From the NCBI RefSeq assembly GCF_902652985.1, contig NC_047015.1, positions 1,674,001 to 1,738,000 on the forward strand: a stretch of DNA of 64,000 bases, written 5' to 3'. Source of the DNA: Pecten maximus. Lineage: Eukaryota. Positions 1-12,190 of the stretch are shown here, in pieces. Position numbers and translations under genes: made by a program. The notes beneath the pieces are model-generated. The model was not told the origin of the DNA. It saw nothing but the letters and a program-made list of their open reading frames with translations, and searched no databases. The number at the start of each line of letters is the position of its first letter. Position 1 is the first letter of the stretch.

Positions 1-1205
1 ATGAACAACTGTGACTGTTAGTTCACAGAGACAGAATTCTATTGTAGCCGTGAACAACTGTGACTGTTAGTTCACGGTCAGAATTCTATTGTAACAGTGA
101 ACAACTGTGACTGTTAGTTCAGTCAGAATTCTATTGTAACTGTGAACAACTGTGACTGTTAGTTCACAGTCAGAATTCTATTGTAACCGTGAACAACTGT
201 GACTGTTAGTTCACAAAGACAGAATTCTATTGTAACCGTGAACTGTGACTGTTAGTTCACAAAGACAGAATTCTATTGTAACAGTGAACAACTGTGACTG
301 TTAGTTCACGGTCAGAATTCTATTGTAACCGTGAACAACTGTGACAGTTAGTTCACGGTCAGAATTCTATTGTAGTCATGAACAACTGTGACTGTTAGTT
401 CACAGAGTCAGAATTCTATTGTAGCCATGAACAACTGTGACTGTTAGTTCACAGTCAGAATTCTATTGTAGCTGTGAACAACTGTGACTGTTAGTTCAGT
501 CAGAATTCTATTGTAACTGTGAACAACTGTGACTGTTAGTTCACAGAGTCAGAATTATATTGTAACTGTGAACAACTGTGACTGTTAGTTCACAGAGTCA
601 GAATTCTATTGTAGCTGTGAACAACTGTGACTGTTAGTTCAGTCAGAATTCTATTTTAACCGTGAACAACTGTGACTGTTAGTTCAGTCAGAATTCTATT
701 TTAACCGTGAACAACTGTCACAGTTAGTTCACACAGTCAGAATTCTATTGTAGTCATGAACAACTGTGACTGTTAGTTCACAGTCAGAATTCTATTGTAA
801 CCGTGAACAACTGTGACTGTTAGTTCACAGTCAGAATTCTATTGTAGTCATGAACAACTGTGACTGTTAGTTCACAGTCAGAATTCTATTTTAACCGTGA
901 ACAACTGTGACAGTTAGTTCACACAGTCAGAATTCTATTGTAGTCATGAACAACTGTGACTGTTAGTTCACGGTCAGAATTCTATTGTAACCGTGAACAA
1001 CTGTGACTGTTAGTTCACAGTCAGAATTCTATTGTAGTCATGAACAACTGTGACTGTTAGTTCACAGTCAGAATTCTATTGTAACCGTGAACAACTGTGA
1101 CTATTAGTTCACGGTCAGAATTCTATTGTAACCGTGAACAACTGTGACTGTTAGTTCACAGTCAGAATTCTATTGTAACCGTGAACAACTGTGACTGTTA
1201 GTTCA
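1..1205. repeat. Minisatellite, ~47-bp unit (GTGAACAACTGTGACTGTTAGTTCACAGTCAGAATTCTATTGTAACC), WAPL intron
   Basis: About 25 tandem copies visible, continuing off the window edge. Confidence 0.97.
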
Positions 1206-1330
1206 GTGCCAGGACTCAAGCGAGGCCATCCATGAACAAATGGCAAGTGCCTGTTCACAGAGTTGGGACTCTACAGAAAAAATCCAAAAAACCTTTTACA
1301 GTACAGGTACCATGCTGTGTGTAATTATAC

Positions 1331-1467
1331 CTAAGGCAGCGTGTTGACATAGGTTGTCCCTCCTGGAGTCCAGCCAGTAGGTACTCCACGTCGTCAGAGA
1401 ACTCCTGAGTCTCCCCATACTCCTGACACTCATGAGCTTGCTTAACATTCTTTACCACAGTGTACAA
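1331..1467 (-). CDS. WAPL: WAPL coding exon 4, start of conserved WAPL domain; gene continues beyond the left window edge
   Basis: LYTVVKNVKQAHECQEYGETQEFSDDVEYLLAGLQEGQPMSTRCL(S) closely resembles human WAPL LYTVVQHVK...EFGENQEFTDDIEYLLSGL...NTRCLS; ttacag| acceptor and AG|GTATAA donor. Confidence 0.92.
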
Positions 1468-1762
1468 CTGTAACAAGAGGCTCCGACAATTACCACAAAC
1501 TTGTCACCCTGTCTGTGTATCGAAATCTTTACATATTGGGATTTCAAAAAGTAAATGTTGCTATTTTATTTTGATTTCAGAATTAAACAACACATTTATT
1601 AAATTAATGTAATAATTCACTTTTCTTATTGATTTTTCTTGAATCCTTCTTAAAAATCTAATGTTGGCAATATACCTTGACCATTTATCAAATTGTGTCT
1701 AAAAGTATCATGTCAATATAAAGTATCGTGTGTGTTGTCGACAGCTGTGTAGTCTCCCCTAC

Positions 1763-1948
1763 CTCCTTGTGCTCCTTGGAGACATGTACAGAAGTGTATG
1801 CCTCATCCCCGAGTCTGTCCGGCCAGTGTACTGCCCTGGACAGCTTAGGAGGCTCATTCGGGCGCTCGCCTGGCTCTTCCAACTTGGGTGCCATTTTAGG
1901 GATAGGGACAAGTTTTGGTGGCCCAGCTGTATCGTCCTTATTCTTGTT
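1763..1948 (-). CDS. WAPL: WAPL coding exon 3 (NKNKDDTAGPPK...HVSKEHKE)
   Basis: ttacag| acceptor and GAG|GTAGG donor; 186 nt, phase 0/0; its terminal KE joins LYTVV of the next exon as in vertebrate WAPL. Confidence 0.82.
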
Positions 1949-2295
1949 CTGTAAGTAAAATATTCTTATATAATAGAATTCAAACTGTTATAACAGGTAT
2001 CAGCTTGCTTTTATTACGGTTCATGCTATTACTTTCTGTATAATGTGGCATTATAGTTGGTAATATATGTATTTGATATTTATCATTTCAATAATGAAAA
2101 AACAAACTTATCTGATCTCGTAATGTTCTGTTATTTTTTTTCATATAAAATTGATTTATAATACCAAAATGTACCCATCAGTGTAAAAGCTACTAACTGC
2201 ATACATGTACATATATTGATATTCAATATCATTTGAAATATTTAAACAAAATGAAGGAAAATTCAAATATATGTTAAACATATTTTGTATCAATA

Positions 2296-2691
2296 AACAA
2301 GAGGCCCAGAGGGCCTGCATCGCTCACCTGGATATATCAGTGATTATGGCAAAATACTCTAATTAAAGTTATATTTCAAATATTTTCCTCCTTTTGAACT
2401 GCCTGTTCCAAAATGGCTCAAAATACAGGTGAACCAAATTCTGTCTTTCGTGGAAAAGGATTTAAAAGTTTTTTTGCTATATTTCCCCTATCAGACCCCT
2501 TTTCTCCTGCCCCATGAGTTCACCTTCCTTTGTTTATACATTTGATATCATTTGCCAATAATGCTCCACACTAAATTTCATCAAAATCCACTCAGGCCAA
2601 GTTGGGATTGAAATGAAATGTTTACAGACGACGGATGGACAGATAGATGCCGCACTATGGCCTAAACTCACCGGTCCTGGTGAGCTAAAAA
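2296..2691 (+). mobile_element. Non-autonomous Helentron-associated element (HINE/DINE-1-like) in a WAPL intron
   Basis: 5' AACAAGAGGCCCA...ATCGCTCACCTG, a subterminal GACG/GATG/GACA microsatellite, and a 3' hairpin CTCACC-GGTCCT-GGTGAGCT followed by an A tract; this is the architecture of bivalve HINEs. Confidence 0.7.
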
Positions 2692-2899
2692 TGTTAAATA
2701 TTTCATTCAGCATGCAGCTACTGATACAACAGACTATGCCACAAGCATTCACTAAGGAACAATAGTAACAATCAGCTTCATTGTAAATGTTCAATATATA
2801 TTAAACTTAGATTATCAAAGAATATTATAAAATATCTAAATAATGAAATTAAACTGTTGGTCTATAGGGAACTGTAAAAAATAACAAAATGTAAAAATA

Positions 2900-3486
2900 A
2901 ATTGTCTTCCCATTTTCTGAAAATAAACAAATTATCTTCACTTTATCTAAACATTAAGTTACCTTCCCATTTATCAAAATAAACAAATTATCTTCACTTT
3001 AAACACTAAGTTACCTTCCCATTTATCAAAAGAACAAGTTATCTTCACTTTATCTTAGCAATATGTTACCTTCCCTAAATCTAAACAACAAGTTATCTCC
3101 ACTTTATCTAAACAACAAGTTATCTCCACTTTATCTAAACAACAAGTTACCTCCACTTTATCTAAACAACAAGTTATCTTCACTTTATCTAAACAACAAG
3201 TTACCTCCACTTTATCTAAACAACAAGTTATCTCCACTTTATCTAAACAACAAGTTACCTCCACTTTATCTAAACAACAAGTTATCTCCACTTTATCTAA
3301 ACAACAAGTTATCTCCACTTTATCTAAACAACAAGTTATCTCCACTTTATCTAAACAACAAGTTATCTCCACTTTATCTAAACAACAAGTTATCTCCACT
3401 TTATCTAAACAAGTTATCTACACTTTATCTAAACAACAAGTTATCTACACTTTATCTAAACAACAAGTTATCTCCACTTTATCTAA
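2900..3486. repeat. Minisatellite, 27-bp unit (TTATCTAAACAACAAGTTATCTCCACT)
   Basis: Homogeneous at 3080-3486, degenerate to the left. Confidence 0.95.
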
Positions 3487-3913
3487 TCCGTTACCTTCCC
3501 TGTAATCAATAAGATACTTTTTATTAGGTAGGTCTACAAAGCAGGGATAAAGCAAAGACAAGTTGAATTAGATAAATCTATTTTGATAGTAATCATAAAT
3601 TGTTGACCCGATGATAAAATGCAACCATTATGCACAGGTAGAAAAAAAAAAATATATAAATAAACCAGAAAACTTGGCATTCATTATGATTGAGCCTTCA
3701 TTTAAGTTTTGCTTTAGAAACTGAATCTGTATGGGAAATTTATGACAAAAATGAAGAACTAGAGATCAAATAGTTGTTCCTGTGAGACCCTCGACAAGTC
3801 CATGAGCTATAATTTATCTAAAATTATAGGTTGAAAGATGACGGTTCTTTAAAAACTAAGCAAATAAAAAAGCAAAATAAAGAAGCACTATGCACATTTC
3901 TGATAAATGTTAC

Positions 3914-3976
3914 CCTTTCCTCTTCGTCAAAGTCTTCCTGCCAGGAGCGGACATTGTACACAGCTTTTGATGGAGA
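3914..3976 (-). CDS. WAPL: WAPL coding exon 2 (SPSKAVYNVRSWQEDFDEEER)
   Basis: tttcag| acceptor and AGG|GTAACA donor; 63 nt, phase 0/0, compatible with both neighbouring exons. Confidence 0.8.
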
Positions 3977-4124
3977 CTGAAAAAGATGATCAGTGTTAAA
4001 AGTTACATCAACAAATTGTTCACTTATAAAGGCACTAAAACATGTTTTCCTCCAAAAATACAAATTTAAAAGAAGACACATTTTAAACAATGTTTTAGTA
4101 TAATGACCAACACAAAATGTTTGT

Positions 4125-4655
4125 TTTACCCTTTTGTGACTTTGTATTACCTTTTTTACTTTGTATTACCTTTTCTGACTTTGTATTACCTTTTGTGACT
4201 TTGTATTACATTTTTTGTCTTTGTATTACCTTTTTGTGACTAAGTATTACCTTTTTCGGACTTTGTATTACCTTTTTGGGACTGTATTACCTTTTGGGAC
4301 TTAGTTTTACATTTTGTGTCTTTGTATTACATTTTGGGACTTAGTATTACATTTTGTGACTTTGTATTACCTTTTTGGGACTTTGTATTACATTTTGTGT
4401 ATTTGTATTACCTTTTGGGACTATGTATTACCTTTTTGTGACTTTGTATTACCTTTTTGGGATTAAGTATTACCTTTTTGTGACTTTGTATTACCTTTTT
4501 GGGACTAAGTATTACCTTTTGTGACTTTGTATTACCTTTTGTGTATTTGTATTACCTTTTGGGACTTTGTATTACCTTTTTGGGACTTTGCATTACCTTT
4601 TTGTGACTTTGTATTACCTTTTTCGGACTTTGTATTACCTTTTTGGGACTTTGCA
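4125..4655. repeat. Minisatellite, 20-21-bp unit (GACTTTGTATTACCTTTTTGG) spanning the WAPL exon/intron boundary
   Basis: About 25 copies; most read AAG|GTAATA on the minus strand. Confidence 0.95.
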
Positions 4656-6387
4656 ACATTTTCTTTTGCACATCTCCTTTGTTTTTGGACTTGAATATCT
4701 TCTTCTCTCTGATCCGGACTGTCTTGGCCTTGGTCAGTTTGGGAGGTTCTGCCTCGCTAGAATCAGCTGATGTTTGACTAAGGTCCTGTGTGGTTTGTGA
4801 ACTCTCTTCCTCCTCGGACTGACTGCCCTCACTCTGCTGCATGGTCTGTTCCTCACCGACTTCCATGGACTCAGCTGCTAAAGGACCTTCCTCAGACTTC
4901 TCCAAACTTTCAGCACTCTGTTGAGATTCTGCATCTTCATCAAAACCAAATGACGTGAAAGAGTCTTGCTTCTTTTTATTGGCTTTGACATTTTCTGGAG
5001 TGTTTTGTTCGAAGTCTTGGTCATTTTCCTCATTAGCTTGCTGCTCTTCTGGACTAGTACCAATTTTTTTGGAATCATTTTCTTCCTTCATTGCTGCAGA
5101 ATTTCTTGACCTGAAGAACTTATTATACCTAACAGACTTATCAGTATTGTCCCGTCCCCGTTTAACACCTTTCTTGTACTGTATTTTACCTGGGTTGTCA
5201 TTTTCATTAGTGGCAGATGACTGTTCTTCCATGCTTGGAGTAGAAGCACTATTATCTTCTGAAAACTCAAAGTTTGAGCTATCTGTGGCAGTTTCCTCTG
5301 ATTTACTATGTTCCTGAGAATCACTACCACTATTCTCATCAGTTTCAGCAATATCTCGTGAGTAAGGGTCTCTAACAGTTTTCTGATGGTGAAGTTTTGC
5401 CTTATTTTCACCAGTCGGTGGCTTAGGTGAACAGATTACAATAAGTGTTGATCCCTTACCATGTTTAATTTCACTTTTTTGAAGAACTTTGCTGTTGTTA
5501 AGCCTTCCTACTGGGTCCTCTGGACGTGGAACATAGTTAAATCTGCTGTAAACGGCTGGGTCCATGAAATGGCTTCGGAAGTTCAGAACAGTTGCCTTTG
5601 GATTATCTTCATCATCACTTTGTAACAAATGTGTTTTAGGGGAGCTGGAAACATTTGAAGAAAATGCCGCCATCTTTGTGTGCTTGCTGTAAGTTTGACG
5701 TTCACTGAACAAAAGGGGAGCTTCTTCCTCATCCTCGTCGTATTGTGAGAATGGGTCCTCTGGATTTGATGCTTCTTCGACTGCATAACTACTGGAATGT
5801 GATGCATAAGGTTCCCCTACAGCAGATCCCTCTGGCTCAAGTACCGGCATGTCATCGTCTTCATCATTAGAAACTGGTTTTGCAAATTGATCCATAGATA
5901 ATTGTTTTGAATTGTCAGCATTATGTTTTTTGGTAGCACGAGAATATGTCCTCACGGGTCTCTTGAATGTAGGTTGAGAATCAAAATCTTGTGTGTCTGG
6001 TTCAATCTTGGTTCTTTCAGATGTGTAAGAATGTGATTTCATTACCTTCATATTTGGAATAGCTGGCCGTCCCAAACCTGCTTGATGCGAGCTAGCAGCA
6101 GGTTCATCCTTGACTACTTTCTGCCTTGCAGTTTCACTTTCATCAGATCCGAATGAGAATGGATCCTCGGTCTCAACCTCTGTTTTAACTTTCTTGCATG
6201 TGGTTTGAAAAGGGTCTTCATCTCTGACCCTACTAAATTGTGTTTTACCCCATTTTGTATTAGCCGTTTTAATTGGGATATTCTGAGCCCCAGCCTTGTT
6301 GGTCACTATTTCATCAAAGGCTTTGCTTGCAGCAGTCTCCCTTCCATAAGATCGACTATAGGTTTTGACTGCGTATTTGCTTGCCAT
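4639..6387 (-). CDS. WAPL: WAPL (wings apart-like cohesin release factor), first coding exon, long disordered N-terminus
   Basis: Acceptor ttcag| at 6406/6405 and ATG at 6387 (MASKYAVKTYSRSYGR). It carries two YSR motifs (KTYSR, RTYSR) and FGF-type motifs (DPFSFGSD, TSFGFDED) typical of WAPL N-termini. First phase-0 donor AAG|GTAATA at 4639; alternative in-frame donors at 4618, 4597 and 4576. Confidence 0.88.
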
Positions 6388-6840
6388 GACGGATTGTCCT
6401 GTCGTCTGAAATACAAAAGTGTGACTTATTTGCATGTAGACGAATAAAATTGTAGAATAAATTCCAAGTAAAATAACTTATACAGGGTATGCTACTGCTA
6501 AAGCATGTGGCAAGTCAGACAATAGATTATTTACCCGATCTGTTGATATGATCTGATGTAAAGCAAACAAACTGCTTCGTGGTATTATTATGATCTTTAT
6601 ATATCAAACTGATTGCAATATGAAAATAAATTAAACACCAACGATAGTTTGACTACTATACGAATACAAAATCACAAACCGACAACAAAATGCGTTTGTT
6701 TATACTTCCGACAGATTGAGAATTTACAAAAACAATGCCCGATATAGTGAGATCTGAACAACTTGAGCTAATATTTGACCATTTTGCGGACTTCACATGT
6801 AACATCTACTAAAATAAACAGATCTATACACGAATCTTAC

Positions 6841-6910
6841 CTGTATTCCTTCCACATAAGCAGTTTATTTTCCACCGCTATCGATGCCACCTAAGGATAA
6901 GCGCCATTTT
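6841..6910 (-). other. WAPL: Probable non-coding first exon (5' UTR) of WAPL
   Basis: CAG|GTAAG donor at 6841/6840 directly downstream of a promoter-motif cluster; the TSS position is approximate. Confidence 0.6.
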
Positions 6911-6956
6911 TCGTGGTTGAAGGCAAAGTAGGGAAGTGCGCATGCCCACAATGCCA
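6901..6956 (-). promoter_or_regulatory. Housekeeping-type promoter cluster of WAPL: YY1, NRF1-like and ZNF143/Staf-like motifs
   Basis: GCGCCATTTT (6901-6910; AAAATGGCG on minus), TGCGCATGCC (6937-6946) and an overlapping TGCCCACAATGC SBS-like motif. Confidence 0.55.
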
Positions 6957-7644
6957 TTTCAAGCAGTACTGATCACCAATTTTGAGGCCTTGTTTCGTAT
7001 TTTGTAAAGAAAGACAACTCTTCATAGATAAAGTGAATTATCTCCACTTAGACCATATTCAAAATAGTGAGATTGTAATATTGAACCTAAGCGGTCACAT
7101 GATTTATTTTACCTTTGAAAATTCAAATGAAGGTTACTTCACTTAATTTAACTGTATTTTATTCAATGCTGCTAATTAGGCACGATGTCATCAGCAACAG
7201 ATTGAGTCGCAGGGATGAGAGATATTTACAGTTTCTGCATTATTTTGTCATTTTTTCCTATTTTGTTGCCATTCCCCCTCCAACATTCACATGTAAGAAA
7301 TAGTTTTGATAATCAGTTAAATAGGTCTGATGTATCCAAGGACAACACGACAAAAAAACAACACATATAGTATTTTCTTAGGACATGGACAAATACTAAC
7401 ACTCAAATTATATTGATGTGGATATAGAGACACCAATGTCTGTGTCCGCTAATATCCTATCATATTGATGTGGATATAGAGACACCAATGTATGTGTCCA
7501 CTAATATCCTATTACAAAATATGTATATGATTCCTCTTGTACCTGTCCGTATGAGATTTTGGATTGTTTTTTACAGTGTACCTGTCCGTATAACATTTTG
7601 TATTGTTTTTACAGTGTACCTGTCCGTATAACATTTTGTATATA

Positions 7645-9212
7645 ACACAGTTGTATCACTCGTTCTACTCCACATCACAGTTGTATCACTCGTTCTACTC
7701 CACATCACAGTTGTATCACTCATTCTACTCCACATCACAGTTGTATCACTCGTTCTACTCCACATCTCAGTTGTATCACTCGTTATTCTCCACATCACAG
7801 TTGTATCACTCGTTCTACTCCACATCACAGTTGTATCACTCGTTCTACTCCACATCACAGTTGTATCACTCGTTCTACTCCACATCACAGTTGTATCACT
7901 CGTTCTACTCCACATCACAGTTGTATCACTCGTTCTACTCCACATCACAGTTGTATCACTCGTTCTACTCCACATCACAGTTGTATCACTCATTCTACTC
8001 CACACATCAGTTGTATCACTCGTTCTACTCCACATCACAGTTGTATCACTCGTTCTACTCCACATCTCAGTTGTATCACTCGTTCTACTCCACATCACAG
8101 TTGTATCACTCGTTCTACTCCACATCACAGTTGTATCACTCATTCTACTCCACACATCAGTTGTATCACTCGTTCTACTCCACATCACAGTTGTATCACT
8201 CGTTCTAATCCACATCTCAGTTGTATCACTCGTTCTTTTCCACATCACAGTTGTATCACTCATTCTACTCCACATCACAGTTGTATCACTCGTTCTACTC
8301 CACATCACAGTTGTATCACTCGTTCTTTTCCACATCACAGTTGTATCACTCGTTCTACTCCACATCTCAGTTGTATCACTCGTTCTTTTCCACATCACAG
8401 TTGTATCACTCGTTCTACTCCACATCACAGTTGTATCACTCGTTCTACTCCACACATCAGTTGTATCACTCGTTCTACTCCACATCACAGTTGTATCACT
8501 CGTTCTACTCCACACATCAGTTGTATCACTCGTTCTACTCCACATCACAGTTGTATCACTCGTTCTTTTCCACATCTCAGTTGCATCACTCGTTCTACTC
8601 CACATCACAGTTGTATCACTCGTTCTACTCCACATCACAGTTGTATCACTCGTTCTACTCCACATCACAGTTGTATCACTCGTTCTACTCCACATCACAG
8701 TTGTATCACTCGTTCTAATCCACATCTCAGTTGTATCACTCGTTCTACTCACCATCTCAGTTGTATCACTCATTCTACTCCACATCACAGTTGTATCACT
8801 CGTTATTCTCCACATCACAGTTGTATCACTCGTTCTTCTCCACATCACAGTTGTATCACTCGTTCTACTCCACATCACAGTTGTATCACTCGTTCTACTC
8901 CACATCACAGTTGTATCACTCATTTTACTCCACACATCAGTTGTATCACTCGTTCTTCTCCAAATCTCAGTTGTATCACTCGTTCTACTCCAAATCTCAG
9001 TTGTATCACTCATTTTACTCCACACATCAGTTGTATCACTCGTTCTACTCCACATATCAGTTGTATCACTCGTTCTACTCCACATATCAGTTGTATCACT
9101 CATAATACTCCACATATCAGTTGTATCACTCATAATACTCCACATATCAGTTGTATCACTCATAATACTCCACATATCAGTTGTATCACTGCTCTACTCC
9201 ACATCTCAGTTG
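7645..9212. repeat. Minisatellite, 30-bp unit (CAGTTGTATCACTCGTTCTACTCCACATCA)
   Basis: About 52 copies in exact 30-bp register. Confidence 0.98.
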
Positions 9213-9644
9213 TAAAATTCCGTCGTGGTTGTTGGTACTCTCCCGTTATTTCCTTACATCTGCCTCCGACAGCCTTAATTGAAATCACAATCCTACTAGC
9301 CAGTCTGAAGTACCCATGCTTGCTTTATTACATTGTCCATCGCCTCAAGCTAGAAAACAGAACTACATTGTGTAATTCCTAAAATGTTGTTTGTAAAACA
9401 GTATCAAAATCAAGGTACACATAACATAAATTTGACGAGTTAAACATAAATTTTTCTCGCATGTAGCTCCCTTGAGCCCCACTTTTGGAAAAAAATCTTC
9501 AACATTGCTTCTTCACGAAATCCATCTGCGGCATTTGGTGTCACTTTCATCTTCAGCCAATCAACATTCTGCCAGAGATATGTAATCCTCTTCTTATTCA
9601 TTTTGGCTGTCCAGCTGCTGTAAAATTCTGACTGATCAGTAGAT

Positions 9645-12190
9645 CATAATACTGGTCAAACATCCTAGTACTGGTCAGACATTCTAGTACTGGTCAGACA
9701 TCCTAGTACTGGTCAGACATCCTAGTACTGGTCAGACATCCCAGTACTGGTCAGTCATTCCTAGTACTGGTCAGACATCCTAGTACTGGTCAAACATCCT
9801 AATACTGGTCAGACATCCTAGCACTGGTCAGACGTCCCAGTACTGGTCAGACATCCTAGTACTGGTCAGACATCCTAGTACTGGTCAGTCATCCTAGGTA
9901 CTGGTCAGACATCCTAGGTACTGGTCAGACATCCTAGTACTGGTCAGACATCCTAGTACTGGTCAGACATCCTAGTACTGGTCAGTCATCCTAGGTACTG
10001 GTCAGACATCCTAGGTACTGGTCAAACATCCTAGGTACTGGTCAGACATCCTAGTACTAGTCAGACATCCTAGTACTGGTCAGACATCCTAGTACTGGTC
10101 AAACATCCTAATACTGGTCAGACATCCTAGTAATGGTCAGACAATCCTAGTTTTGGTCAGACATCCTAGTACTGATAAGACAATCCTAGTACTGGTCAGT
10201 CAATCCTAGTACTGGTCAGTCATCCTAGGTACTGGTCAGACATCCTAGTACTGGTCAGACATCCTAGTACTGGTCAGATATCCTAGTACTGGTCAGTCAA
10301 TTCTAGTACTGGTCAGACATCCCAGTACTGGTCAGTCAATCCTAGTACTGGTCAGACATTCTAGGTACTGGTCAGACATCCTAGTACTGGTCAGTCAATC
10401 CTAGTACTGGTCAGACATCCTAGTACTGGTCAGTCATTCCTAGTATTGGTCAGTCAATCCTAGTACTGGTCAGTCATTCCTAGTATTGGTCAGTCAATCC
10501 TAGTACTGGTCAGACATCCTAGTACTGGTCAGAAATCCTAATACTGGCCAGACATCCTAGGTACTGGTCAGACATCCTAGTACTGGTCAGTCAATCCTAG
10601 TACTGGTCAGACATTCTAGTACTGGTCAGTCAATCCTAGTACTGGTCAGACATCCTAGTATTGGTCAGATATCCTAATACTGGTCAGTCAATCCTAGTAC
10701 TGGTCAGTCATTCCTAGTATTGGTCAGTCAATCCTAGTACTGGTCAGACATCCTAGTACTGGTCAGTCAATCCTAGTACTGGTCAGTCATTCCTAGTATT
10801 GGTCAGTCAATCCTAGTACTGGTCAGACATCCTAGTACTGGTCAGAAATCCTAGTACTGGTCAAACATCCTAGCAGACATCCTAGTACTGGTCAGACATC
10901 CTAATACTGGTCAGACATCCTAGTACTGGTCAGCCATTCCTAGTACTGGTCAGTCAATCCTAGTACTGGTCAGACATCCTAGTACTGGTCAGTCAATCCT
11001 AGTACTGGTCAGTCATTCCTAGTATTGGTCAGTCAATCCTAGTACTGGTCAGACATCCTAGTACTGGTCAGTCAATCCTAGTACTGGTCAGTCATTCCTA
11101 GTATTGGTCAGTCAATCCTAGTACTGGTCAGACATCCTAATACTGGTCAGACATCCTAGTACTGGTCAGTCATTCCTAGTACTGGTCAGTCAATCCTAGT
11201 ACTCGTCAGACATCCTAGTACTGGTCAGTCAATCCTAGTACTGGTCAGATATCCTAGTACTGGTCAGACATCCTAGGTACTGGTCAGACATCCTAGTACT
11301 GGTCAGACATCCTAGGTACTGGTCAGACATCCTAGTACTGGTCAGACATCCTAGTATTGGTCAGACATCCTAGGTACTGGTCAGACATCCTAGTACTGGT
11401 CAGTCATCCTAGGTACTGGTCAGACATCCTAGGTACTGGTCAGACATCCTAGTACTGGTCAGACATCCTAGTACTGGTCAGTCAATCCTAGTACTGGTCA
11501 GACATCCTAGTACTGGTCAGTCAATCCTAGTACTGGTCAGACATCCTAGTATTGGTCAGACATCCTAGTACTGGTCAGACATCCTAGGCACTGGTCAGAC
11601 ATCCTAGTACTGGTCAGACATCCTAGTATTGGTCAGACATCCTAATACTGGTCAGACATCCTAGTACTGGTCAAACATCCTAGTACAGGTCAGACAATCC
11701 TAGTTTTGGTCAGACATCATAGCACTGGTCAGACATCCTAGTACTGGTCAGACAATCCTAGTTTTGGTCAGACATCATAGCACTGGTCAGACATCCTAGT
11801 ACTGGTCAAACATCCTAGTACTGGTCAGACATCCTAGTACTGGTCAGATATCCTAGTACTGGTCAGACATCCTAGTACTGGTCAAACATCCTAGTACTGG
11901 TCAAACATCCTAGTACTGGTCTTTCAATCCTAGTTCTGGTCAAACATCATAGCACTGGTCAGACATCCTAGTACTGGTCAAACATCCTAGTACTGGTCAG
12001 ACATCCTAGTACTGGTCAAACATCCTAGTATTGGTCAGTCAATCCTAGTTCTGGTCAAACATCCTAGTACTGGTCAAACATCCTAGTACTGGTCTTTCAA
12101 TCCTAGTACTGGTCAGACATCCCAGTACTGGTCAAACATCCTAGTACTGGTCTTTCAATCCTAGTTCTGGTCAGTGATCATAGCACTGGT
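9645..12190. repeat. Minisatellite, 19-20-bp unit (TAGTACTGGTCAGACATCC)
   Basis: Well over 100 tandem copies with GACAT/GTCAAT/GTCATT variants. Confidence 0.98.

Noticed and set aside
3055-3512. ORFs of 114 and 149 aa on both strands
   Set aside because: They are translations of a 27-bp intronic minisatellite.
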